From Narcine bancroftii (Eukaryota): DNA of 64,000 nt. Position numbers and translations under genes: made by a program. Location of the stretch: positions 209,560,001 to 209,624,000 of the forward strand of contig NC_091470.1 of assembly GCF_036971445.1 (NCBI RefSeq). The letters are read 5' to 3'. Under the pieces are notes generated by a model. That model was given only the letters and a program-made list of their open reading frames with translations, was not told where the DNA came from and did no database searches. This document shows positions 49,701 to 61,773 of the stretch, piece after piece; positions within the stretch are counted from its first letter, which is position 1; each line of letters opens with the position of its first letter.

Positions 49701-50829
49701 TTATGTCTCCTTCCTGCACAGGGTCGGCCATTGTCCTGTGTTCCTTCTTATCGCGCTCAAAATGACATCACATCAGTGGGTGGGATCACAGCTGACACTG
49801 GGCAGGAACCGGAGTGTGCTCAGAGCGGCATCCGGTGCAGCTGTGTCCTTCAGGTAGCCAGCGTTGGACTTTAAACGCTGCCACCTGAACGGCAATTTAA
49901 AGGGCCGCTTCTGCTTCTTCAGGCACATTCTTAGCGTAGAATGCTCCTGATAAGGCCTCTAGTGTGTGTGTGACACTAAAGGAGCTGAACAGTGCAAGCC
50001 ATGAAGAGCTGGTTGGAAACAAAGTTCCGGAGCAGTGGATGGCTGTAAGTGCTATGTGTCTCATGTTTCTCTTGGAATAAGGGAACAGAAAGGAACTCTG
50101 TGTAGCCTGAAGAGGTAACCATCTGAAAACTCTGATGGGGCAAGTTTCATCAGCAAGACATGAGGTGACTAATGGTGGTACCTCAGTTGTGGAAATCCTG
50201 AAACAAATCTCTCTCTGCAAACCCTACAAGATCCTTCCTGAGTGGTAAACATTTACTTCCCGAGCACCAAAGCCTGGTGAACTTTATACATGTTAAATTC
50301 TGTGCACAGTATAAGAATTGCCTGCAACCAGAGAACTTGGAAGAAGGAGAAAGTGAGATTGAACTGTGAACCAAATAATTTTTCTTAAATTTACACACAC
50401 ATTACATACACGTGCATTTAGAATTAGAAGGGGGTTAATTTGGGTTAGTTAAGTATAGAGATAAGTTAAGGTTTGATTCTGTTTTCATGTTTAAAGTTGA
50501 TTAAACTTTTGTTTTAAAAACTACTTGTCTTGGTGATTGTCTATTGCTGCTGGGTTTTTGGGGTCCTTTGGGCTCATAACAGTTCAGGAAAGTTGATTCA
50601 CAGTTCAATCATTCACTTCTCACTTCTCCAAGTTCACTGGTATCAGGCAATTCTTATACCGTGCACAGAATTTAACATTTATTAATTTTCACCAGACTCT
50701 GATGCTTTAAGTTACATGTTTAACACTCAGGAAAGTCCTTGTTGGTTTCAGAGAGATATTTGTTGCTCATTCCCTCCAATCAGTCACTTCAGTGTCATGC
50801 CGAATTAAGTTGCCCCATCATGGGGTACT

Positions 50830-51410
50830 TATGCTCCATGGGAAGGAGCTTACTTTGGCTGCGGTGTTGACAACATGCCAGAACTTGGAATTCTCCGAAA
50901 CAATGACTCTGAAATGGAACTGTGACTCGGCCAGCTGTTACCAATTCCTGAGACCGTTTGCCCAGAAGGGCAGAAAATGCATGCCCACAGCGTTGGTCAT
51001 AGCCGTTGCAACTGTAACAGTAGCAGCATCCTGTATTTTGTCGCTTTCGAGGTGGGTTCCAAAAATGCTGGAACCGTCGGGGTCACCACTGTAGCATGTG
51101 CTATCAGCAGCGTTATGGAAATAATAGACGTCCACCCAGCACGAAGGTTAATCAGTAACTGAACTTTATTGGTTGAATTCCTCGCGCTGCGAGCAGGGAC
51201 CACCCACCTTCTGTGATGTGAGCGCTGGCTTACAGAAGTTACATCACACATCTTGGCATTACTACCTGTCCAACGGCGCACAACCAGGAAGCAGCGATGT
51301 CCCCTGGGCAATGGGTGTCGCTAACTTCCAAGGCTTCTCCTTGGAAGGAGTGGGGGTCGTGCATCATCTTGAGTCGGATGTTTGGGGCGGCGATTTGGCC
51401 CATCTAAATA
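50830..51410 (-). mobile_element. Gypsy 5' LTR end, primer-binding site and gag start
   Basis: Minus strand ...GCTACA then gtggtgaccccgac (PBS, 51075-51088), then FLPFWANG..W..LAESQF. Confidence 0.65.
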
Positions 51411-51465
51411 TGCAGGTTTTTATAATAAACACAGTACAATGAAGAAAAGGGAACTAAATTGAAAT

Positions 51466-51497
<32 letters not shown>

Positions 51498-53126
51498 GAT
51501 AAAATTTCAAACAGTATAAACTTGGACTCCCCTCCAATGCACTGGAGGAACACAGAAATGAAATATATATATAGTCTTGGCAGAGAGGTGAGTACTAGAG
51601 AAGTTGTTTAAAAGAGCATGGAGGGGAAAGAGTTAAGCAGAGTATTGATCTGTGAGGGAGTAATTGAGATTATTGGCAGGGACAAATAAAAGGGGGAGGT
51701 AGCTAAAGAGGAGTGGAGCTTTGAGGGTTGGGCTTGAGAAGCCCTGGATGGTTCTCTTTCCCCCCCCCCCCCCCCCACCCTTCTTTCACAATGTTTGAAA
51801 GTGCACCCATTACACCCTCAAATAGTACCTGGTGGCTGAACAACCTCAAGCGCTAGTGTGGCTATTTCCATTCACCAACTCCTCTTGATCTCAGTCCGAA
51901 GTGGCCACCCTGAGACCAGGCTCCCTGGTTCTTGACTTGGTCCTTCCCTGAGGAGGTCAGACCCACACATGGAAACCCACCACCTGGCACTTTTACAATG
52001 AGCCTTGGATGCATTTGCCTCTGAACACTGAATACATCCAGTTTGCCCCATGAAGCTTCCTGTTGACTCTGTGTGCACTGCCCTTCCAGAGGGTGAGTCC
52101 AAGCTCACACCGAAAGAAGGGCTCTAACTTTGATATTTTGTAAATGACATTAAAATTTTAAAATTGCAGAATGCAGCGGATAATTGGGAAGGATGATGGT
52201 GGGTGATAGAAGTAGCACAGTCTTAAATGAACTGTATCACTTGTGAGACCACACCTTGAGTAATGAGAATAATACTGCTCCGTGAGAACTATGGACACCA
52301 CAGCATAGAAAAAAGGCCCTTCAGCCCATCTGGACCCTGACAAACTATTCTGATTGTCCTACTGACCCACACAGGCCATAACCCTTCATATCCCACCCAT
52401 CCCTCTACCCACCAAAATTTCCCTTCAACATTTAATTAACCATATCACCCTTAACCCATATCCCCTCATTTTTGTCTCACCTGACCTCTACTTGCAGTTG
52501 CCCCAATGATATTCCCCTCATCATCAAGTTCACTGGTTGCAGGCAATTCTTATACTGTTCACAGAATTTAACTTTATAAAGTTCAGACTCATGGTGAACC
52601 CAGCTAAGTGCCAGTTCAGCCTAGAGTCAATCGATTTCCTAAGACACTACTGCTGGATAAAGTAGAAGCCATCCAGCGATTCCTCCAGCCAAGCACAATC
52701 AAAGACCTACAGGATGCTGGGGATGCTGAACTTTTATCATTGTTTCCTCCTGGGAGTGGCCACTCTCATATAACCTCTATTCGACCTCGTCAAACTCGGC
52801 GACAAAGTTCACATGTCCAGTGGACATCGGCCAGAGTGGTCGGCGCGGTGCTGGAACAGTGGGTCAATGAACAGTGGCAACCCCTGGCTTTCTTCAGCAA
52901 ACATCTCCGGACACCAGAACTCAAATACAGCACATTCAACCATGATCTCTTGGTCCTGTACCTGGCAATACGATATGTTTGCTACGTTAGATTTCCGCCA
53001 CCTACCCAGATCACAAACCACTCACCCACACACTCAGCATGGTCTCAGACCCATGGTTGATGAGGCAACAGCGGCACCTCTCCTACATTTTAGAGAACAG
53101 AATGGACATTCATCAATGTGGTGGCC

Positions 53127-55560
53127 GGGGGAGTCACGTGATGGAGTAGTGGCCGGACGGTGAACTCCAGCCCTCTCCAGAAAAGTCGGGAAAAACAAGA
53201 GAAAACACAAAGGCACAGAAATAAAAGTTACAGAAAAGTGAGTATAAAGGTGGAAAGAAGATGGCGACAAAAAAAGAAAAGTCGAAAGCAACGGTAAGAA
53301 GAGAGGAAGAGAAGACAAAGGAGGAAAAAGGTGAAGGCCTTACCTGTCCGAAGAGGCCCGCTGCGGAGAGAGAAACCCGCTCCCTCAGGTCGGTAAATAA
53401 TGGACTACAAAAATGGCTCGCAGAGCCGAGCAAAAGTGCGCAACCGCGCATGCGCGAAGTTTCGCGCATGCGCGATGCGAATGAAAAAAAACACACCGAC
53501 GGGAGGGGGGACCAGCTGGGGAGTCGATCTCCACAGCCGGCAACGACAGCTGCAGAACACCTGCAGCAAGAAGAGACCACAGAAGACAATAGAAACAAGA
53601 AAGAAGAGGAGGAAAGGGCACCAAAGAAACAACAGATGGCCAACCCAGAGGAAGAAGAAGAGGAAGAGTATGGTGAAATAGAAGAAGAAAAGATAGGCAA
53701 GGTAAAGGATATACTTGCTCTTATTAAAGGATACATGGAGTCATTTAAAGAATGGCAAACACAGGAATTTAAGGATTTAAGAAAAAGAATAAACAACACA
53801 GAAGAGAAAATAATTAAAATGGAGATGACCTTAACAGAAATGGGAAAAAAAATGGACAAGATGGAAGAGCGGGCAGTAGCAGCAGAAATGGAGGTAGAAG
53901 ACTTAAAAAAGAAATTGGAGAAATCTAATAAAAAAACTAAAGAGACACAAGAACTACTAGCTCAAAAAATAGATACAATGGAAAACCATAACAGAAGAAA
54001 TAACATAAAGATAGTGGGCCTTAAGGAAGATGAAGAAGGCAAGAATATGAGGGAGTTTATAAAAGAGTGGATCCCTAAGACCCTAGGATGTCCAGAACTA
54101 CAGCATGAAATGGAAATAGAAAGGGCACATAGAGTATTGGCCTCTAAACCACAACCACAACAAAAACCAAGATCTATTGTAGTAAAATTCCTAAGATATA
54201 CTACAAGAGAAAAGGTACTGGAGAAGACAATGGAAAAAGTAAGAGAGGGCAACAAACCACTGGAGTATAAAGGGCAAAAAATCTTCATTTATCCAGATAT
54301 AAGTTTTGAACTCCTAAAGAAGAGAAAAGAGTTCAATACAGCAAAGGCGATTTTATGGAAGAAAGGGTATAAATTTATACTAAAGCATCCAGCGGTATTG
54401 AAAATATTTATTCCAGGACAACAAAACAGACTATTCTCGGATCCAGAAGAAGCACGAAAATTTGCAGAACAATTACAAAAATAGACTGAGGGAGGAAGAC
54501 GGGTAATGAGAGTTAAAATGATCACGACTGATATGTATGTGGGTAAAGACAAAAATAGACTGAGGGATGAAGACGGGGAATGAGAGTAAAAATGATCACG
54601 ATTGATATGTATGCAGGTAAAGAGGTATAAGAGTGAATAGAGACAATGAGCATACATGAATGTATCTGTACTTAGAGGAAAATATAGATAGTATAGACAA
54701 GAATTAATAAGGGAAGGTAATGGAATAGAGAGAATAAGGAGGGAATTAAAAGAGGGACCTTTGTGACATATGAAAAGTGAAATCTTTTCTGGGGGAGGCG
54801 GGGTGGGGGGAAATAGCGGTCACTGCAAAATCAGTTGACGCTTGCGAGTGGATTCGCAAATCCAAATGGAGAGGGGAGATGTGGTTGTCCGACAAGGGAT
54901 AAAGGACAACTCAGGAGGTGAAGGGGAGATTGGGGATAAATAAGATAGAAATAGGAGAATAAGGAAAATGTTAGATGTTGTAGGAATGTTGTCTTATAAA
55001 GAGTTGAAAATAAGAAAACAGAAATGGAAAAGGAGGAAAGGTAATGATGGAAAAACGGAAAGAGAAGATAAACAAAATATAAAAGGGCTACGCTGAACTA
55101 TATGTCTTTAAATATTAATGAAATACATAACCAAATTAAAAGGAAGAAACTACCAAATTTAAATGAATAAATGTATTCCATTAGAAAAAATAACATATTG
55201 GTTAAGAAATAATATTGAAATATTCGAACAAGTATAGGAGCCTTACATTAAATACAATAGCGAAAACCTACCGGGGACAAACATTACCTAAGTTGATGGA
55301 AGGAGAAGGAAAGAAAAGAATGGACTCAGTAGAATTTCTGGTGTAATTTTGTTGAATGACAACATTGTCTGACTGGCTTAATGCAACCTAGATTGTATAC
55401 CTAAAATGGATGAGAGGGGGGGGGGGGGTGGGGGGGTGGTTTGGGAGGAAAGGGGGGGGAGAAAAAGTCACTGTATATGTGTGAAAAAGAAATAGTGTAT
55501 ATCATGGCTAATGTGATTTATGGTGTGAAAAATAAAAAAATTAAAAAAAAAAAAAAAAAA
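53127..55560 (+). mobile_element. Non-autonomous ORF1-only L1 derivative (HAL1-like), 2434 bp
   Basis: 5' GGGGGAGTCACGTG, intact ORF1, G-rich 3' tract, AATAAA and poly(A); exact TSD aatgtggtggcc at 53115-53126 and 55561-55572. Confidence 0.88.
53261..54484 (+). CDS. L1 ORF1p (coiled coil, RRM, CTD), 407 aa, intact
   Basis: MENHNRRNNIKIVGLKE, IERAHR, PRSIVVKF, IFIYPDIS, HPAVLKI motifs. Confidence 0.93.
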   Translation: MATKKEKSKATVRREEEKTKEEKGEGLTCPKRPAAERETRSLRSVNNGLQKWLAEPSKSAQPRMREVSRMRDANEKKHTDGRGDQLGSRSPQPATTAAEHLQQEETTEDNRNKKEEEERAPKKQQMANPEEEEEEEYGEIEEEKIGKVKDILALIKGYMESFKEWQTQEFKDLRKRINNTEEKIIKMEMTLTEMGKKMDKMEERAVAAEMEVEDLKKKLEKSNKKTKETQELLAQKIDTMENHNRRNNIKIVGLKEDEEGKNMREFIKEWIPKTLGCPELQHEMEIERAHRVLASKPQPQQKPRSIVVKFLRYTTREKVLEKTMEKVREGNKPLEYKGQKIFIYPDISFELLKKRKEFNTAKAILWKKGYKFILKHPAVLKIFIPGQQNRLFSDPEEARKFAEQLQK

Positions 55561-57130
55561 AATGTGGTGGCCAATGCGCTATCCAGAGCGACCATCGCCG
55601 CTAACTCAGGAGGATTTGATGTCGTGCAGCTGGCCAAGGACCAAAGGGAGTTTGTGGACATCCAAGCCTACCAGATGGCCTGAAGGTTAGCCATTTCTGT
55701 CCCTCACTGGGAAGCCCGAACTTACTGTGCAACATGTCCACAGGTTTCCCCAGACCCATCCAACCCGTGACCTGGTGACGGCAGGTGTTTGACCAAATTC
55801 ATGCCCTGTCCCATCCCTCCATAAGGTCCATGGTCCACCTGTTGTCTGAAAAGTTCATGTGACATGGCCTCCGGCATGATGTGATCCTGTGTGCTAAGAC
55901 TTGTTTGGATTGCCAACGTGCTAAAGTGCACAGACACATCAAGGCCCCACTCCAGAGTTTCGAGCCAGTGCAGTGCCACTTTGACCATGGGCATGTGGAC
56001 ATCTTAGGTCCGGTCCCTATGAGCCAAGGTATGCGGTATCTGTTCACTGTAATCGACTGCTTTACCCATTGGCCGGAAGCCATACTCCTACCCACATGTG
56101 ACACAGAGACTTGTGGGTCAGGACTACAAAGCACAAGGTGGCTCTGGCACATCACCTTGGACAGAGGGGCCCAGTTCACGTCCTTGCTCTGGGCTAACCT
56201 AACCAACTCCTGGGGCAGCCAGTTGCACCACATCTCAGTCTGCCATCCTCAGGTAAGTGGCCTGATCAAGCATTTCAACCACTACCTGAAGGCAGCCCTA
56301 AAAACTCAGCCTTAAGGCCTGAATGGATGGACGAACTCCCATGGGTGCTGTTAGCCATTCGCACAGCGACGAAAGAAGACCTACCAGCTTCCCACTTACC
56401 ATCCCGGGGACATTGACTACAACCCTCCTGGTCACAGCCAGACATCCTCCAGCAATTGATGGTGCAAGTGGGTAAGCAGAAATCTCCGCCACCTTCCCCA
56501 CATGGCTCTCCACCCTGCCATGTCCTGGCGGACCTGCAGTCAACCGACTTGATCTCTGTTCGAAGAGGATAGCAGTGCCCCTACAAAGGCCCATTCAAGG
56601 TGTTGTAGCAGGATGGTGTCATTTTGACCCTGGACATTGGTGGGCGGCAGGACAGGTTTACAATTGATTGGCTCAAGGCAGTGCGTTTGAACTCAGGCCA
56701 GCCCACCACAGATCCCCAGGTCAGACACAGAGGTTGCCTTCCTAAAGACAGTATGATAACTTGTGGCAGTGATTCTTGCAGGGGGGAGGGTGGTGTAGTG
56801 GGTGGTGGAGCGACCACTCAAAGGGCCGAATTGCCACCCCAGTCATCCAACACAAGATGGAGCTGATTCCCCCCTTCCCTTCTGAGAAGCCTGCGGTTGG
56901 CAACACCCATTGCCCGGGTACATCGCCACTCCCTGGTCGTGTGCCATTAGATAGGTGGTGATGCCGCGACATGCTGACTTCACTCCTGAAAGCCAGTGCG
57001 CCCCTCAAAGGAAGTGGGTGGTCCCCTCATGCAGTGCGAGGAATTCAAAATAAAGTTTCAGTTACTGGTCCATCCTCGTGCTGTGTGGACGTCTCTCATT
57101 TTGGTGGTGCAGCTGGTAGCAGATGCTACA

Positions 57131-58620
57131 ATGTGCTGAATACCCGTGGTAAATTCAGACACATAGGACAAGTGTCTCTGTGGTCGGGTCGACCACAGGT
57201 TCGATACCTTATGGAAGGCAAAGGTCAGTGGCTTGTGATTGGTGAAGACCTTGAATTGCCAGCCTTCCAAAAAGAAATGGAAATGTCTTACCGGCAGGTA
57301 CAGCGCCAACAGCTCTCTGTCAAAAGCACTGAATTTAAGTTCGGGGGGGGGGGGAATGGGGGTGGGAGGGGGAGGTGCCTGTTGTAAAAGGCCAGGGGTT
57401 GCCACTGGTCCTCAGCAAGATGTTCTGGCACTGCCCCCTACCACTGTACTAGAGATGTTGACTGTCAGGGGTGCCTCCCGTCTGGGGTGGACCAGGAGTG
57501 TGGCCCTGGAAGACTCATCATCCCAAGTAATGTCTTTTGACTTGCCCGCCATTAGCGTGAAGAGGGGGCGCAAGATGTGCGTTGCTGCTGGTGTGAACCT
57601 GTGGTAAATGTTTATCATACCGTCAAATTCCTGCAGCCCTTTCACCGCACATGGCCTAGCAAAGTGCCGGACTGCCTCAACCTTCTTGGGGAGGGGTGAG
57701 GGTCCGGTGCTTGTTAATCCTGTACCCCAGGAAGTCGATGGTGTCCAGGCCAAATTGGAACATTGTGGGGTTGATCGTAAGACTGAACTTACTCAAATGG
57801 GCGCATAGGTGGGACGGGTGGTCTTTGCAGCTGCGGCTGGCGATGAGGATATCGTCCAAGTAGATGAACACAAATGAGTGGTCCCGGCCACTGTATCCTT
57901 CAGCCTCTGAAAAGTGTGTTGCATTCTTTAGACCAAGGGGCATGCGGAGAAATTCAAACAAGCCAGAGAGTCATGATTGCAGTCTTGTACCATCCTGGGG
58001 GTGAGCTAGGATTTGGCACCAGATGAGGTCCACCTTGGAGAACACCTGTGCCCTGTGCAGGTTAGTGGCAGACTTGGATATGGGGCACAAGATTTCTGTC
58101 GGGTGTGCTGGCCTCGTTGAGGCAGCAGTAGTCACCACATAGTCTCCACCCCCCTGCTGATTTGTAGAGGGGAGAGGCCCAGGGACTGTTGGAGTGGTGC
58201 ACAATCCCCAGCTCCTCCATTTTCTTAAACTCTTCCTTCGCCAGGCTGAGGTTTTCGGAAGGGAGTCGGCGCACCCTGGCATGGAGCAGGGGACCATTGG
58301 TCAAAATGTGCTTTGGCTCAGCCGCAGAGTTCTGTGGGGCCATTATCGGGGGAACTCTGTCAGAATGCAGGTAAATTCATTGTCTGAGTGTTATAAAGTC
58401 CAGGTGGGCTGGGGGGTTGTTAGCTTGGCTTCCCCAAGAGGCAGAGTCTTTAAAGCCCTGAAGTGCACAAAACACCATTCCTTGAGGTCTACAAGCAGGC
58501 AATGGGCCTGAAGGAAGTCGACCCCCAGGAGCGGTTGCGCCACTGCCACGAGGGTGAAGGTCCATGTAAACTGGCTGTTGCTGAAACAAAAGGGGATGGT
58601 GCAGGTACCAAAAGTCCAAA
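57131..58620 (-). mobile_element. Degraded Gypsy pol fragment (RT/RNase H)
   Basis: SNSPWASPL, WRLCGDY, FEFLRMPLGLKNA, FVFIYLDDILIAS, FDRELLALYL, FTNHKPL. Confidence 0.88.
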
Positions 58621-58679
58621 TGGAGGAGTTTTTGGCTACCCTCAGTGCTGGACTCTACTTGCTGCTGTCTTTGGATAGA

Positions 58680-60845
58680 TTAGATGACCGGCCCCTCCTC
58701 TTGGCTCTGCCCCATCGGTCTTAATATAAACCCTGTTTTTCCACCTTACCTCCAATGTATCTGAAGTCTCCAAATACTATTGATCACGTTACAATTTTAT
58801 TAGCTTACTTTGGAAACCAGATGGAAGCCCTATTGTAGCCATGCCTGCTCCAGGTTGTCCCCAGAGGCCCCGGAAGAATTCACCTACTGGTTGGAGTGCT
58901 TCCAGTCTTACCTAACAGCCACCCAAGAAGTCTTAGTCTCCGGAGATCGGTCCTCCACTCCCAAGTCAGTCCCAAGGGATATGCAGTCATCAGGGACTGC
59001 ATGACATATGAGACAGCCATCAAAGGCCTGAAGGCTGGCTACAAGAGGCCTCAGAATGTCATGCTGGCGAGACTCCAACTCTCTTAATGTCGGACACGAC
59101 CGGGTGAATCTCTGGACAACTATGTCTGGAATTATGGGCTCTGATGAAAAAGTCCCACCATGGAGTGGTTTCAGTGAAGGTGAAAGAAGAGCAAGTCCAG
59201 GACACCCTCATGGCAGGAGTGAGATTGAGGTACACAAGGCAGTAACTGCTAGAGTTGGGGAAGGACCTTGCCAGTACTCTCGATCAGGCGAAGTCACTCA
59301 AACAGGCCCAACTGGGAGCCGACAACCTCACTAATGAAAGTGGCACTTTCTTGGAAGACCCAAGTCTGTGGAGCACCGCCGGCCCTACGCAACCAGGGAT
59401 GCTACCTCCGCGCCAGATGCCATGTGTTCAGAATGCGGTAAGGGGACATTGGGCGAGTCTGCCAGGGGAACCCAAGAAAGGTGACTGCATGTTCAACCCC
59501 CAAATCAGTGTACAACCTGTGCCCGAGTCCAGAAGCGCTGGTCCCGGCATCCCCAAGCTGCTCACTGTCGCCACCTTGCTGCGCATCATGGCAGGAACCA
59601 CCAATGGAGGTGAAGCATCGAGAGAAGCAACAGTGGGAATGGCAACCATCTTGCTGCGCCTCATGGTCAACACCATCTTCCAAGCCCTCGGATCAAGACA
59701 ATGCCGACAGGGAGAGCAATGCAGTCTCCGAAGCGTTGGCATCAATTGTCCTCGACCAGGCAAAACCCCACCAGCTGAACTCGATGACGGAGGTGAGGGT
59801 AAACAGATATCTGATGGATGGCTTAATAGACACTGGCTCAACGGAGAACTTTATAAACTCTCCGACTGTTCAGCAATACCACTTAAAGTTTTACCCAATG
59901 GACGACAGTATTTATCTAGTGTCGCAATTGTATTCGGCGACTATTCAGGGGGTATTGTACAGTACACCTAACCGTAAAGGGGGGAATTTTGTAAGTTCTG
60001 ATTGAATGTTTTGGAGGATTTGTGAGCAGGAAATACAGAATACAGTGCAGGGGACCAAGAATTTATTAGAGCCGAAATGCAGCATCTGCTGAAAGAAAAA
60101 TATAATTGAGCCCAGCAACAGCCCGTGGACAGCCCAGCAGGTAGTCATGAGAGGGGGAGAAAAGCCCAGGCTAGTGATTGGCTATAGCCAATTACTTGAC
60201 ACTACTGAACACAAACCCCCTCGCCCAAATTACACAGTACTGGGTTTCTTCGACCATTGACCTGAAAGCTGCTTATCACCAGCTACTGATCCATTCCAAG
60301 GGCCATCCCTACACTGCATTCGAGGCAAAGGGATGGCTTTATCAGTTCCTGAAGGTTCCCTTTGGTATTACGAATGGGCTCTCGGTCTTCCAGAGGCAGA
60401 TGGACGAAATGGTCGACAAATATGAGTAAGGGTTACCTTCACCAATCTCAATAACATCACCATTTGTAGACACACTCTGGAAGACCATGACACCCATCTT
60501 CAGAAATGTATCCACATAGCCAAATCCCTGAACCTTACATACAATGTCATTAAGTGCGTGTTCCGGACTAAAGTCTGGCTATCCTGGGTTACGTGGTAGA
60601 GAATGGTGTTATTGGTCCGGACCCCGATCATAGGCGCTCCCGCTTAGTTCTCCCAATTCCAAGGACCATGAAAGCTTTAAGGAGGTGTTTGGATTTCTTC
60701 TCCAACTACGGCCAGTGGGTACCTCATTACGCTAACAAGGTCCACCCGCTCCTTTCCATTATTGGTTGAAGGCCAGGCAGCTTTTAGCTATGTCAAGCTA
60801 TATCACTAAGGCCACCATGCAGGCGGTGGACGAAAACACACCCGC
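58680..60845 (+). mobile_element. Degraded Gypsy element of another family (LTR remnant, gag, protease, RT)
   Basis: LIDTGSTENFI, IEPSNSPW, STIDLKAAYHQ, YTAFEA..LYQFLKVPFGITNG. Confidence 0.85.
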
Positions 60846-61773
60846 CTTTGGGATGATCCCTAGTGGTATAGTAATGACACCTCCCCCTCACTTGTTTTCG
60901 CTCACTAGCTGAAGTGGTTTCCAGTATGTGGCACGAGGGGCCAACAAGTAGGAGATGAGTGAGGTCCAGTGATGCCTACCATCCCCACCTTAGTGAGGGG
61001 GGTATAAGGAAGGAGGGTGGGAGGGGTAGGGCAAGGGTGAAGTAAACTAGCATGTAATCATTGTAATTTTAAATTTAATCGGTGTGTGTCTGCTTGCAGT
61101 TTATTACATGTATGGAAAGATTTTAAATAAAATATTCCAAAAAGAGTTAAATTCCATTTGTCAGTTTGACCCATCTTCCCAACTAACCTGCATCCTGCTG
61201 TAAACTGAGATATCCTCTTCTCTTCAGTGACAGCTTTTAACTCTACAATCTTTTATCTTCACCTTAATTAGACGCAATGATCTGGCCTCCACTATCCGAT
61301 GGAGCAGGAAATTCCAGCGATTTCAATTTTTAAAATACATTTCCGTTAATTTTCGAGATACAGCACAGTAATTGGCCCTTTTGGCCCACGAGCCCATGCT
61401 ACCCAAATATACCTAATTAACCTATAATCCATTGGAGAGTTATTGGAGAATGGTGGGAAACCAGAGCCCCCAGAGGAAACCCAAACATGTCACAGGGAGA
61501 ACAACTTCTTTCAAACAGCAGTGGATTCAAACCCACGCCACCATATTTAATTTAAAAAAAATGTAAACACATTTAAATGCTGAACATACACAGATTTAAA
61601 CATTGTCCCCGGTGTGACCCTGCTGGGGGGCCATCAAGTTGAATGACCAAGTGAATCCTTTCCCACACACTGCACAGGTGAAGGGTCTCTCGCCAGTGTG
61701 ACTCCACCAATACATCTTCAGTGTGAACCTGATGGTGGGTCAGCAAGTCTGACGGTCAACTGAACCCCTTGCC

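Larger units (their letters stand above)
46663..49958. mobile_element. PIF/Harbinger DNA transposon with both ends, defective
   Basis: Imperfect TIR AGGCACTTTCAGG / CCTGATAAGGCCT, CTA on both sides; convergent Myb/SANT and transposase genes. Confidence 0.85.
46042..50825. mobile_element. LTR of the 10462 family (46042-46234 plus 50582-about 50825) interrupted by an inverted LTR of the same family (46235-50581)
   Basis: Begins tgttacgggcccagaggac; inverted copy ends gggctcataaca at 50581; homology to 10646 onward resumes at 50582. Confidence 0.75.
52590..57130 (+). mobile_element. Degraded Gypsy element (RT/RNase H, integrase, 3' LTR 56794-57130) interrupted by the L1 derivative
   Basis: VNPAKCQF, VGAVLEQ..WQPLAFFSK, NVVANALSR, HVDILGPVP..YLFTVIDCFTHWPEA; PPT then TGTAG...CTACA. 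Confidence 0.88.

Noticed and set aside
53134-53859. 241-aa antisense ORF in the L1 derivative (ORF0-like)
   Set aside because: Ser/Phe/Leu-rich mirror of a purine-rich strand; no supporting signal
59255-59971. 238-aa ORF
   Set aside because: Frameshifted Gypsy gag/protease remnant
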